64,000 bases of DNA from an uncultured Actinomycetes bacterium. Its GTDB lineage: Bacteria > Actinomycetota > UBA4738 > HRBIN12. Each line of letters opens with the position of its first letter. Positions within the stretch are counted from its first letter, which is position 1. The position numbers and the translations under genes are program-made. The stretch spans positions 352,001 through 416,000 of the forward strand of contig CAVPIB010000001.1 of the NCBI GenBank assembly GCA_963704885.1. Reading direction: 5' to 3'. This document shows, one piece after another, positions 9,089 through 19,118 of the stretch. The notes beneath the pieces were generated by a model that was given only the letters and a program-made list of their open reading frames with translations, did not search any database and had not been told where the DNA came from.

Positions 9089-10953
9089 GTCTCGCCGTGC
9101 GATGGTTCGCGCGCGAATCGCACGTCACCTTCACGCCGGGTCACCCCGCCGCGGTCGAACCACTCCATGAGTGGGACGGCGTACTTCCTCGTCGTCCCCA
9201 GCGCTTCCCTAAGAGCGCTGACCGTCATGCCTGCCCCGCCCGCCGCTCGGATCGTCGTCTCCGCCAGCGTCACGAACTCACGGGTCACGATCAGGTCGGA
9301 GTTGAGCCGAACGACGAGACCTCCTCGCGCCGCCGCGTCGATCACGTCTCGCGCGATCCCTTGGGCTATCAGCTCTTGGACGGTCGGTGGTGTCGCCGCC
9401 CTCTCCCCTCCGATCGCGGCGAGCAGACGTTCGATGTCGTCCGAGCGATCGCCCAGGGCGACGCGATGGGTGGCCAGACGGATCGTGGTCCCATCTCGGG
9501 CCATCGTGCCGCGATCGCAGAGGTCCTCGATCAACGCGTCGGCAAGGTCTGTGTCCGGCGGTGCACCTGCCGATCGGAGGATCTGTAGCGTGGCCTTCCT
9601 GATCTGGGCGAGCTCGGCACCGGGCTCGAGTGGATGCTCCGAGTGGTGATGCGCGAGCGCGCTCGCGACGGCCGCCTCAGCTCCGTCCCGCACTTCTTGC
9701 GTCATGAACCACCCGCCGATCCGCACGCCGCCTTCGACCTTGGAGCCGGTCAGGATCTCGGCCTCCGGTACCGGGACCGCGCCGCGTTCGGCCACGAGCA
9801 GGGCCGGTAGTCCGTCGCGTTCGACTCCTCGTCGCGACGTCAAACGTCCGATCGGATCGATCCCAGTCTTCCGAGGAGGCGCGATATCAAGAACCGTGCC
9901 GCCGGCCACCGTCTCGCGGCGGCCGGCCTCTCGCAGGACGAATCGATCTCCGACATCCAGGACCAGCGGGAGCTGCGTCCGTATCCGGACGAATGCCCGG
10001 TCGCCGGCCACGAGCGACGTCGTGCCGGACAACCGGACGCGGGCGTCGGTTTCGGCGGTCCCTGCATAGAGCTTGAACGCACCCCTCGCGGTGATCGGAT
10101 GCGGTAGCTGTCGGACCGGTCGGAGTTCGGCTTCGAAGACGCTCGTGGGACGCCACGCACCAGGCGGCCCGAGCACGGTCCCCCGCGATAGCTCCCCACG
10201 CTCGACGCCCACCAGGTTCGCCGCCACCCGGGAGACGGGACAGGCCTGCTCAACGGCGCGCTCGTGCGTCTGCAGTGAGCGGATCCGCGCCCTCGCTCCG
10301 CTGGGGTATGTCTCGACCTCGTCGCCGACGCTCAGGCATCCTCCGCCGAGTGTGCCGGTCACCACGGTCCCGGCGCCCTTGATCGTGAACACCCGGTCCA
10401 CGAAGAGCCGGGCGCGGCCCTCGTCCGGATCGCCTGCGGCGTCGAGCATCGCCTCCAGCGCGACGGACAGCTCCTCGAAACCTTCCCCCGTGGAGGACGA
10501 AACGGCGACGATGGGGGCGTTCTCCAGACCGGTTCCCGATACTCGCTCGCGTACTTCTGCCTCGGCCAGCGCGAGTAGGTCGTCGTCGACCAGATCCCGT
10601 TTCGTGAGCGCGACCACGCCGCCGCGGACTCCCAACACGTCCAGGATCTGCAGGTGCTCTTCGGACTGCGGCTTCCATCCCTCGTCCGCCGCGACCACGA
10701 AGAGGACGAGTCGAACCGGTCCCACGCCGGCGAGCATGTTGCCGATGAATCTCTCGTGTCCCGGCACGTCGACGAACCCGATCTCGCGACCGGAAGCGAG
10801 CGTGGTCCACGCGTATCCCAGGTCGATGGTGAGACCGCGTCTCTTCTCTTCCGCCCATCGGTCGGGATCGATCCCCGTGAGTCGGAGGATCAGCGAGGAC
10901 TTGCCGTGGTCCACGTGCCCGGCGGTCGCGACGACCTTGAGCTCGCCGGGCAT
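9085..10953 (-). CDS. selB: Selenocysteine-specific elongation factor SelB
   Basis: TAGHVDHGKS, EEKRRGLTIDLGY, DVPGHERF, C-terminal winged helix TTRKYAVPLME; directly downstream of selA. Confidence 0.97.
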   Translation of the reverse strand: MPGELKVVATAGHVDHGKSSLILRLTGIDPDRWAEEKRRGLTIDLGYAWTTLASGREIGFVDVPGHERFIGNMLAGVGPVRLVLFVVAADEGWKPQSEEHLQILDVLGVRGGVVALTKRDLVDDDLLALAEAEVRERVSGTGLENAPIVAVSSSTGEGFEELSVALEAMLDAAGDPDEGRARLFVDRVFTIKGAGTVVTGTLGGGCLSVGDEVETYPSGARARIRSLQTHERAVEQACPVSRVAANLVGVERGELSRGTVLGPPGAWRPTSVFEAELRPVRQLPHPITARGAFKLYAGTAETDARVRLSGTTSLVAGDRAFVRIRTQLPLVLDVGDRFVLREAGRRETVAGGTVLDIAPPRKTGIDPIGRLTSRRGVERDGLPALLVAERGAVPVPEAEILTGSKVEGGVRIGGWFMTQEVRDGAEAAVASALAHHHSEHPLEPGAELAQIRKATLQILRSAGAPPDTDLADALIEDLCDRGTMARDGTTIRLATHRVALGDRSDDIERLLAAIGGERAATPPTVQELIAQGIARDVIDAAARGGLVVRLNSDLIVTREFVTLAETTIRAAGGAGMTVSALREALGTTRKYAVPLMEWFDRGGVTRREGDVRFAREPSHGET

Positions 10954-10962
10954 GGGGAGTTG

Positions 10963-12342
10963 CTAGCCTTCGTCGACGTCGTCGCCCTCTAGGGCGTACT
11001 GGATCGCGCGGGCCAGATGAGGGAGCTCGTCTGGAAGCACCGTCCGCACGTCGAAGATCACCGCGTCGGGTTCGGTTCTACAGAACACCGACGGGCTACC
11101 GGCGCGCAGACGCGCGGCGAACCCCGAGGGATCCGGCGTCTTCACCGCCACGCCCCAGGAGGCCATCGTCGTGCCGGGCATGGAACCTCCGCCCACCACC
11201 GAGTCGCATCTGCGAACGTGCGCCCCCTCCAGATCTCCGTCGAGAGACTCGGCCAGCCGGTGCGCGCGCTTCGCGAGCTGGTCGAGCGGTTCGCGCAACA
11301 TCCGATGGACCGGGATCTCGTTGGCATGGCCGGTGTTGTGCATGGTCAGGACCGCCTCGAGCGCGGCGATCTGCATCTTGTCCGCGCGGACCGCGCGCGC
11401 GACCGGATGCGTCCTTAGACGCATAACCAGGTCGGCTCGACCGACGATGATGCCGGCCTGCGGGCCCCCCAGAAGCTTGTCGCCCGAGAACATGACCAAG
11501 TCGGCGCCGTCGGCGAGCGCCTCGACCACGGTGGGCTCGTCGGCCGGCATCCCGTGGCCTCGGTCCAACAGACCTGATCCCACATCGTGCAGGAATGGGA
11601 TGTCGTGCTTGACCGCCAGTGAGGCCAGATCGGATGCCGCCGGGGTGGCGGTGAACCCGACCACGCGGTAGTTGCTGGGGTGGACCCTCAAGATGGCGCC
11701 CGTTCGGTCGCCCATGGCCGCTCGATAATCGCCGATGCGGGTGCGGTTGGTGGTGCCGACCTCCACGAGCTTAGCTCCCGACGCCGAGATGGTGTCGGGG
11801 ATCCGGAACTCACCGCCGATCTCGATCAGCTCGCCGCGAGACACCAGCACCTCCTTGCGCCGGGCGAGCGCGGCGAGCGCAAGCATGAGCGCGGCGGCGC
11901 AGTTGTTGACGACGAGGGCATCCTCGGCGCCGGTGAGCGCCAGGATCAGCGCTTCTGCGCGGGTCGACCGCTTCCCTCGCTTGCCGGTCTCGCGGTCGAC
12001 CTCGAGATCCGTGTAGTGGGAGGCGGCGCGCGCGACAGCGCGCGCCGCGCTACCGGGCAGCGGCGCCCGCCCCAGGTTCGTGTGGAGGACGACGCCCGTC
12101 GCGTTGATCACCGGAGTCAGGCCTGTCGCCATCTGCGAGGCGATGGCAGCGGCGCGCGCCATGAGCTCGTCGTCAGGCGGGGGATCGACGCCCGCGATGG
12201 CTGCCGACCGGATCTCGTTGAGGGTAAGACCGATGGTTCGCTTCAGTAGCGGTCGCCCCAGGCTGGCGGAGGCGCGACGTCCAGGCTCGGAGCGCAGCAG
12301 GGCATCGACCGAGGGAAGCTTGCGACGCGCGTCGGAGACCAT
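10963..12342 (-). CDS. selA: L-seryl-tRNA(Sec) selenium transferase
   Basis: VINATGVVLHTNLGRAP, SRGELIEIGGEFRIP, EVGTTNRT, FSGDKLLGGPQAG. Confidence 0.97.
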   Translation of the reverse strand: MVSDARRKLPSVDALLRSEPGRRASASLGRPLLKRTIGLTLNEIRSAAIAGVDPPPDDELMARAAAIASQMATGLTPVINATGVVLHTNLGRAPLPGSAARAVARAASHYTDLEVDRETGKRGKRSTRAEALILALTGAEDALVVNNCAAALMLALAALARRKEVLVSRGELIEIGGEFRIPDTISASGAKLVEVGTTNRTRIGDYRAAMGDRTGAILRVHPSNYRVVGFTATPAASDLASLAVKHDIPFLHDVGSGLLDRGHGMPADEPTVVEALADGADLVMFSGDKLLGGPQAGIIVGRADLVMRLRTHPVARAVRADKMQIAALEAVLTMHNTGHANEIPVHRMLREPLDQLAKRAHRLAESLDGDLEGAHVRRCDSVVGGGSMPGTTMASWGVAVKTPDPSGFAARLRAGSPSVFCRTEPDAVIFDVRTVLPDELPHLARAIQYALEGDDVDEG

Positions 12343-12439
12343 CGCTCGAGTCTAGGCTCCCCGTGACCGCGCCGGCCTGGTCCGACCCGGCCGGGCCGGG
12401 GTTCCGGGCGGTTCGAGGGTTCGCGTAGGATATCCGCCG

Positions 12440-13627
12440 ATGGTCGACACCGAGCGCCCGGCGTTCCAAAGTGCGCAGGTCACGTCCTTGATCCGCGGCG
12501 GCGGGCTGGACGTGGAGATCTCCACCGGTACGTTCCAGACCGAGGAGATGATCCTCAACATCGGCCCGCAGCACCCTTCGACACACGGCGTGCTCCGGGT
12601 CGTTCTGGAGCTCGACGGTGAGGTGATCGTCCGCGCCGAGCCGGTGATCGGCTACATGCACCGCGCCGCCGAGAAGCTGGCCGAATACCGCGACGCGCGC
12701 CAGGTCCTGGTGCTGATGAACCGTCACGACTGGATCAGCGCGTTCAACAACGAGCTCGGGTGGACGATCGCGGTGGAGCGCCTGGCCGGGATCGAGGTAC
12801 CGGAGCGCGCGCAGTGGATCCGGACGATGTTCGCCGAATGGAACCGGATCCTCAGCCACCTGATGTTCAGCGGGTCCTTCCCGTTGGAGCTGGGTGCTAT
12901 GACGCCGATCTTCTTCGCGTTCCGCGAGCGCGAGATGATCCAGGACCTGATGGAGTCCGCCACCGGCGCGCGGATGCACCACTCCTACTGCCGGGTGGGT
13001 GGTCTGAAGGACGATCTGCCTCGCGGCTTCCTGAAGCGCTCGGCCGAGGTGTTGGCAGTGACCCGGCAGCGGATCAAGGAGTACGAGACCTTGATCATGG
13101 GGAACGAGATCATCTTCGCGCGTACCCGCAACGTCGGCATCCTTCCGGCGGAGACCGCGATCGCCTACGGCTGCTCCGGGCCGGTGCTCCACGCGAGCGG
13201 CGTGCCTATGGATCCGCGCAAGGACGAGCCCTACGAGAAGTACGCCGAGGTCGAGTTCAACGTGCCTGTCGCGCAGAACGGGGATTGCTACGACCGGCTA
13301 TGGGTGCTGGTCGAGCGGATGAAGGAATCGTGCAACATCATCGAGCAGTGCATGGACAAGTTGCCCGCGGGCGAGTTCCGCGCGGCCAAGCTCCCGAAGA
13401 CCCTCAAGATGGACGGCGAGGTATACGTCCGCACCGAGAACCCACTCGGGCTCATGGGCTACTACCTGGTTGGCAACGGGAAGAAGGAGCCTTACCGCCT
13501 CAAGATGCGGACGGCGTCCTTCTCGAACGTGAGCGTGATCCCAGCCATGCTGCCGGGGACGCTGCTGCCCGACCTGATCGCGATCCTAGGCTCTATCTTC
13601 TTCGTGGTCGGCGACGTCGACCGCTGA
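12440..13627 (+). CDS. nuoD: NADH-quinone oxidoreductase subunit D (stand-alone)
   Basis: LNIGPQHPSTHGVLR, GYMHRAAEK, E.NRI.SHL, C-terminal GDVDR. Confidence 0.95.
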   Translation: MVDTERPAFQSAQVTSLIRGGGLDVEISTGTFQTEEMILNIGPQHPSTHGVLRVVLELDGEVIVRAEPVIGYMHRAAEKLAEYRDARQVLVLMNRHDWISAFNNELGWTIAVERLAGIEVPERAQWIRTMFAEWNRILSHLMFSGSFPLELGAMTPIFFAFREREMIQDLMESATGARMHHSYCRVGGLKDDLPRGFLKRSAEVLAVTRQRIKEYETLIMGNEIIFARTRNVGILPAETAIAYGCSGPVLHASGVPMDPRKDEPYEKYAEVEFNVPVAQNGDCYDRLWVLVERMKESCNIIEQCMDKLPAGEFRAAKLPKTLKMDGEVYVRTENPLGLMGYYLVGNGKKEPYRLKMRTASFSNVSVIPAMLPGTLLPDLIAILGSIFFVVGDVDR

Positions 13628-13646
13628 ACAGCGTCCGGCGACCGGG

Positions 13647-14960
13647 TTACTTCTGGCGAGCGAACCACACCCCGCCAGGGCCGGCGTAGCTGGCACCTTC
13701 GGCCCACACGGCGACGGTCTTGCCGGTGCTGGTTACCGCGATCTCGCCGTAGTCGCCGTAGATCTCAAGGAAGCCTTTCGGCCGCTTGTACGGCGCGCCA
13801 CCGCGCGCGTTGGAGAGTCGCTGCGCCTCCGACCAGGTTGCGCCGCCGTCGGTCGAACGTGAATACCACACGTTCCACCGACCCGTGCGCGTGTCCGCCC
13901 ACCACACGCGGAAGTCGCCCGGGCCTCCTGATGCCGCCGCTGGTAATAAGCTGTTCGCGCCCGGAGGCGACAGCGGTATCGGGTCGGTCCAGGTCGAGCC
14001 GCTGTCGGTCGACGTCGTCACGAACAGCGTCTGTGGACCGCGCTCCACATCGTTCGCCGCGTAAGCGAAGACCAGGTCGCCGTTCGCGTCCCCGGCGAGG
14101 GTCGGCGTGGGGCCGTAGAAGCCGTCGTAGCAGCCACGAGATGTGCAATCGGGCTGCCGCTGACCCGTCGCCACGCGAACGACCCGCCACGTCTGGCCCC
14201 CGTCATCCGAGATGACGGCGTCGGAATGGATGGGACCGACGGATCGCTGATCGTAATCGCTCTCCGCGAAGGCGATGTGCTGCCCGTCAGCCGACACCCA
14301 TCCGCCACCAGCGAAGAAGTAGCGGTTGCCGAACGTGACCTTCTTGGAGATGAAGGTGGCACCTCCGTCGTGCGACACGCCGACGAAGCTGTCACCGTGG
14401 CTCGGGCCGTTGTAGGCGATGAAGACGTCCTCGCCGGAGGGCGAGACCGCGAGCCACGGCTTGTCGGACCATGCCGTGGACATGCTCACCGGCTTGGACC
14501 AGGTGGCGCCGTGGTCGATCGACTTCGACAGGCTCACTCCGGGGCTGAAGCCGGCGAGCCAGGCGGCGTAGACGGTTCCGTCCGCGTCGGTGGCGATCTG
14601 AGGGTCGTACTGACCGTGGTGGATGGCCTTGCATATGCAGAGGAAGGAATCGGCACCCCAGGTCCGGCCGCCGTCGGAGGACACGCGGAGAACGATCGAG
14701 GGTCTGGGGCAACGGTCGCAGCGCTTAGGCCCGCTGTAGCGGGTCGTCAACTGGTAGACGTACGGGTCCGTTGGGTCGGCGGCGATCGCGGGCTCCCAGT
14801 CGTTCTGGTTGGCCTTCCACACACGCTCCGTGGTCCACCCGGGATGCGGGAACGGACGTGCGGACGCGGACCGAGGCATCTGGTGGGCGACGCCCGCGGT
14901 TCCTGGGGCGGCCAGGGCCATAGCGACCGCGACGATCCCGATCCGGACAACTGCTGTCAT
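13647..14960 (-). CDS. Secreted BNR/Asp-box repeat (sialidase-fold) protein
   Basis: Signal peptide and repeated SxDGGxTW boxes (SSDGGRTW, SHDGGATF, SDDGGQTW, STDGGATW). Confidence 0.88.
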   Translation of the reverse strand: MTAVVRIGIVAVAMALAAPGTAGVAHQMPRSASARPFPHPGWTTERVWKANQNDWEPAIAADPTDPYVYQLTTRYSGPKRCDRCPRPSIVLRVSSDGGRTWGADSFLCICKAIHHGQYDPQIATDADGTVYAAWLAGFSPGVSLSKSIDHGATWSKPVSMSTAWSDKPWLAVSPSGEDVFIAYNGPSHGDSFVGVSHDGGATFISKKVTFGNRYFFAGGGWVSADGQHIAFAESDYDQRSVGPIHSDAVISDDGGQTWRVVRVATGQRQPDCTSRGCYDGFYGPTPTLAGDANGDLVFAYAANDVERGPQTLFVTTSTDSGSTWTDPIPLSPPGANSLLPAAASGGPGDFRVWWADTRTGRWNVWYSRSTDGGATWSEAQRLSNARGGAPYKRPKGFLEIYGDYGEIAVTSTGKTVAVWAEGASYAGPGGVWFARQK

Positions 14961-15017
14961 CTCGAAGGCTCCTTCGGATGGGCGAGCTCGAAGACTAGGA
15001 GCGTCGGTCGAGCGACG

Positions 15018-16037
15018 TCAAGGCAACCAGCTCGGCCGGGGAAGGCCGGGCGTGGCGAGCACCAACCAGCGCATCCGGCCGAGCGCGATCGGGTCTACGA
15101 GCAGGCTCGCGCGGCTCCTGCCACTCCAGGTGCGCACGGCACCGAGGCCGTTTCGCGCGTCCAGCAGCTCGGCTTGGTGTTCGAGCTCGGTACGGAGCCA
15201 CGACTCGAAGCCGAGCGTGAGCAGCGCGTCGTGCTGGGTGACCGACGGCCAGGCCACCAGGCCGCGGCCCTCGGCCCTGTGAGCCACGAGCGCGAAGTCC
15301 ACTCCGGCCGTGATATCCGAGGATCCCGGATCCTCCAGCACGTCCTCGACGACTCGATGGCCGCGGTATCCATGTAGCTGGCCGCCTGTGGATCCCACCC
15401 CCCCATAGTCGATCAGGAGTGCGTATCCCCTCAGGAGCACATCGGCCAGGCGATCCACGAACGCGAACGCCCCGACCGGCACGAGCGTCTCCACATCGCG
15501 AGGCGCGGGTTCGGCGTCCCACGGAGCCTCCACCTCGACGAGCCGGTCGCCGTCCAGGCCGACGCAGATCTCCCGATCGCCGCGCACCCTGCGGAAGGGA
15601 AGGTTGTCCAACAGCTCCTGCGCCAACACGACATGGGGTCGATCCGAGAGCTCCGTGGTGACGCTGACACCGGTGATCGCCCTCAGAGCCTCGCGTGCGC
15701 CGGGACTCACCTCTGCCGCCGTGTAGTCGACGTCGAGGTCGTGCAGCTCGCGCAGGAGCTGTTCGGCCAAAGTTCCGTCGCCGGCCCCGACCTCAGCGAT
15801 CCTGAACGGTTCGGGTCCTGCGAGCCCTGCGTGGAACGAACGGAGCGCCTTGGCCACCAGGGAACCGAACACCGGATGGATGTGAGGGCTCGTGACGAAG
15901 TCGCCTTCGGTGCCCACGGGCGGCCGCTCGTAGAAGCCGCCAGCTCCGTACAGAGCCAGCTCCATGAACTCCGCGAAAGTGATCGGACCGTGGTCCCTTA
16001 TCGCCGCTCGGATCGCCTCGGTGACCTGGTCGCTCAT
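15018..16037 (-). CDS. SAM-dependent methyltransferase, MidA/NDUFAF7 family
   Basis: ITFAEFMELALY..GFY, GDFVTSP, EVGAGDG, ELLDNLP, IDYG, DITAGVDF. Confidence 0.92.
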   Translation of the reverse strand: MSDQVTEAIRAAIRDHGPITFAEFMELALYGAGGFYERPPVGTEGDFVTSPHIHPVFGSLVAKALRSFHAGLAGPEPFRIAEVGAGDGTLAEQLLRELHDLDVDYTAAEVSPGAREALRAITGVSVTTELSDRPHVVLAQELLDNLPFRRVRGDREICVGLDGDRLVEVEAPWDAEPAPRDVETLVPVGAFAFVDRLADVLLRGYALLIDYGGVGSTGGQLHGYRGHRVVEDVLEDPGSSDITAGVDFALVAHRAEGRGLVAWPSVTQHDALLTLGFESWLRTELEHQAELLDARNGLGAVRTWSGRSRASLLVDPIALGRMRWLVLATPGLPRPSWLP

Positions 16038-16087
16038 GCATCAAGTATGCGCCGACCGCTGCGAGTCCGGCCTGGGAGAATCCCCGC

Positions 16088-16732
16088 GTGGTCGACGAGC
16101 TACGACTGGCGGCGTCGGTGATCGCGGGGCGCGACGCTCCGGGCGGTCTCGAGCTGCTCGTGATCGAGCGGAGTCGCACCAGCCGGTTCCTGCCCGGATA
16201 CGTGGCGTTCCCGGGCGGCGCGGCGAGCGAAGGCGATGCCGATCTCGCCGCGGAGTGGTTCGGGACCGTCGACGAAGCATCGCGTGCCTGCGCGATCCGG
16301 GAGCTTGCCGAGGAGACGGCGCTCGCGCTCACCGTCGATGGGCTTGGTCCCATCGGTGGTTGGGACCCGCTCAGCCCCGTTGGCATGGCGCCGCCCTCGA
16401 CCGATCAGCTTCCCGAGATGGCGCACTGGGTCGCTCCTGAGGATGTCCCCGTGCGGTTCGACGCCCGCTACTACGGTGTGGAGTCGATCGACGGGCTGGA
16501 GCCGACTCCGGACGGGACAGAGGCGGCAGCCGCCTGGTGGGCGAACGTCGCGGCGATCCTTGCGGATCATGAGTCCGGCCAGCGCAAGGTCTACTGGCCG
16601 ACCTACTTCACGCTGGTCCATCTGGCGGCGTGTCGCTCGGTCGCCGACGTTCTGGCGCTTCGGTTCGAGACCCGGGAGCCGACCGATGCCGAGGTCGAAG
16701 CGCTTCCGCGCTCAACGTTCTGGCAGGACTGA
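16088..16732 (+). CDS. NUDIX hydrolase (NUDT19-like)
   Basis: FPGG..CAIRELAEET, HWVAP..RFDARYY. Confidence 0.9.
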   Translation: MVDELRLAASVIAGRDAPGGLELLVIERSRTSRFLPGYVAFPGGAASEGDADLAAEWFGTVDEASRACAIRELAEETALALTVDGLGPIGGWDPLSPVGMAPPSTDQLPEMAHWVAPEDVPVRFDARYYGVESIDGLEPTPDGTEAAAAWWANVAAILADHESGQRKVYWPTYFTLVHLAACRSVADVLALRFETREPTDAEVEALPRSTFWQD

Positions 16733-16734
16733 AC

Positions 16735-17617
16735 GTGCTCCCGATCGTTCGCGTGCTGGCGCCCAATCCCAGCGTCTACACGTTGGAGGGGACCAACACC
16801 TGGGTGGTGGGGCGAGATCCGTCGGTGGTGATCGATCCGGGCCCGGACATCGCGTCCCATCTCGACGATGTCGAGCGCGTGGCGGGACGCGTCTCGGCGG
16901 TCCTGGTGACCCACGATCACGAGGACCACGCTCCCGGTGCGCCGGCGTTCGCGGCGCGCGTTCGCGCGCCGCTGTTCGCGTTCCGACTGGACGGGCGCGG
17001 AGCATCTGCGCGACGGGCAACGGTTCCCGGCCTCCGACGCGGCCGAGATCGTCGCCGTTGCGACGCCGGGCCATTCCTCGGATCACGTGGCGTTCTTCAT
17101 TCCCTCCGAGGCCGCGCTGTTCACCGGCGACGCAGTGGTGGGGCGCGGCACCAGCTTCATCGATCCGCCGGACGGCGACCTGGCCCAGTACCTGCGTTCG
17201 CTCCACCGCATGCAGGAGCTGCACCCGCGGACGATCTATCCGGGTCACGGCCCGGTCGTGCTGAACGCTCGAGCGAAGCTGACCGAGTACGTGAGGCACC
17301 GCGAGGAACGCGAGGAGCAGGTGGTGGCCGCCATCTCGGACGGCCCGGCCACCGTCGCACAGATGGTCTCCGTGATCTACGTGAACTACCCGCCAGACGT
17401 GCACGAGCTCGCGGCTCGCTCGGTCCTGTCGCACCTGTTGAAGCTGGAGAGCGAAGGGCGGGCCGAGCACAAGGGATCCGGCGACGAAGCGACCTGGAAG
17501 GTCGCCACGCCGCGCACGTGCGATAGATGCGGACGTCCTGTGAAGGGTCGCGCCCGGCTATGCGGTTCGTGCAGCCTGGCCGTGCTCCAAGACACCGCGG
17601 ACGGAACGGATACCTAG
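16735..17617 (+). CDS. MBL-fold metallo-hydrolase (LACTB2-like) with C-terminal CxxC..CxxC; frameshift near 16994
   Basis: APNPS.YTLEGTNTW, THDHEDH in one frame; TPGHSSDH, FTGD, PGHG in another; an extra G in GACGGGCGCG explains the break. Confidence 0.9.
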
Positions 17618-17627
17618 TGGGCCGCGT

Positions 17628-18218
17628 TCATTCCCTCGCTGCATCCACTACGACCAGCCTGGTCCGGACGACGTAGCGACCGCGGGCCGCCATGCGGACC
17701 GTCCCCTCATCCATGAGCGACCGGAGGGCTCGGTTGATCGACTCTCGCGCGGCGCCCGCGAGCGCGGCCATCTCGTCCTGCGTGAGGGGCAGCTGGATCA
17801 GTCGACCTCCTTCCACGGGGCGTCCGAACCTGTCGGCCAAGTCTTCCAGCCTCCGCGCGACCCGCGCGCGGACGTCGAGCCAGGCCAGGTCGGCGGCCAG
17901 GGCCGCGGCGCGGTGGGCGCGAGCGGCGAGGAGGTCGGCCGCGGCCCTGGGGTGCACCGAGACCAGGCGGCTGGGACGGAGCGCTCGGACCGTGACCGGC
18001 GAGACCACGCCCGGCGGCTCGCCCACCAGATGCCCTTCACCTGCCACGTCTAGAACCAGCTCATGTCCATCGTCCGAGACCTGTGCGACCCGCAGGGCGC
18101 CCGAACGGACCAGCCACAGTCCGTCGCCTGAGCTGCCCTGGCGAACGGGCGTGGCACCCTGCCGGAGGACGACGGTGAGGGGGAGCGGTTGTGCGACGCC
18201 GGTCGAACTGGCCGACAC
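17628..18218 (-). CDS. Crp/Fnr family transcriptional regulator
   Basis: cNMP beta-barrel remnant plus HTH LTQDEMAALAGAARESINRAL. Confidence 0.88.
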   Translation of the reverse strand: MSASSTGVAQPLPLTVVLRQGATPVRQGSSGDGLWLVRSGALRVAQVSDDGHELVLDVAGEGHLVGEPPGVVSPVTVRALRPSRLVSVHPRAAADLLAARAHRAAALAADLAWLDVRARVARRLEDLADRFGRPVEGGRLIQLPLTQDEMAALAGAARESINRALRSLMDEGTVRMAARGRYVVRTRLVVVDAARE

Positions 18219-18328
18219 ACGCCACTCCTTCCGCTGTGCGGAGCGCGAGGCTACACGCCGCCGCCGACACGGATCGGCACAGGGACCGCGTGGCGCTGCG
18301 ACCGGTTGCGGGGGTAGGCTTGCGCTCT

Positions 18329-18751
18329 ATGGCGACCAAGCAGCTGATCGCGGCACTCGGCGGGGTGCCCCTGTTCGAGAGCCTGTCCAGCAAGCAACTG
18401 AAGAAGGTGGCCGAGCTGGCCGTGATCGCCCGGTTCATGGCGGGCGCCACCATCGTTAAGCAGGGCGTGATCGGCGACAGCTTCTACGTGGTGCTCACAG
18501 GTCAGTGCAAGGTCGTGGCGAACGGCCGCACGATCCACCGACTGATGCCGGGCGATCACTTCGGGGAGATCTCGCTCCTGGACGGTGGTGAGAGGTCGGC
18601 CTCGGTGGTGGCCGAGACGCCCATGACTCTCCTGGAGATCACCCAGAAGCAGTTCCTCGGCATGTTGTCGAAGGACCCGGAGATCACCGTAGCGCTGCTC
18701 GCGGGCATCGCTCGCGCCGTCCGGCGGATGGATCGTTCGCTCGCCGGGTAG
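18329..18751 (+). CDS. Stand-alone cyclic nucleotide-binding domain protein
   Basis: VPLF..L, GDSFYVV, GDHFGEISLLDGGERSASV; ATG 18329 lies 8 nt after TAGGCT. Confidence 0.92.
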   Translation: MATKQLIAALGGVPLFESLSSKQLKKVAELAVIARFMAGATIVKQGVIGDSFYVVLTGQCKVVANGRTIHRLMPGDHFGEISLLDGGERSASVVAETPMTLLEITQKQFLGMLSKDPEITVALLAGIARAVRRMDRSLAG

Positions 18752-18761
18752 CCTTCGGCGC

Positions 18762-19118
18762 ATGCAGGTCGAGTTCCACGGTCATGATGAGCCCGACGTC
18801 GTTCTGGCGACGGTCGTGTGGGCGGAAGGTGAGCCCGTGATCTCGAGCCAGGACGACGCCCTGGCCGCCACGCTCACCCGCGCGTTCCGCCGCACCCCGG
18901 TGGTGATCGACGATGCCTCCTACCGAAGGCTCGGCACTTCAGGCGACGTGCAGATCCAACCCGGCAGCCTGGAGTGGTTCCGCGCCGTGGTCCAGGCCCG
19001 GGTCCCTGCCGAGACCGGCCTGATCGGCCGCTTCGTGCCGGGGGTAAGCGAGGGCGGGTTCGATCCCGCGGCCGGTTACCGGACTTTCGAAGACTCGATC
19101 GAACGGCTCACGACGTAG
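18762..19118 (+). CDS. Hypothetical protein
   Basis: 118-aa ORF 10 nt after the previous stop; host-like codon usage. Confidence 0.75.
   Translation: MQVEFHGHDEPDVVLATVVWAEGEPVISSQDDALAATLTRAFRRTPVVIDDASYRRLGTSGDVQIQPGSLEWFRAVVQARVPAETGLIGRFVPGVSEGGFDPAAGYRTFEDSIERLTT

Noticed and set aside
16985-17000. Programmed frameshift in the MBL hydrolase
   Set aside because: No slippery heptamer is evident; an indel error is simpler
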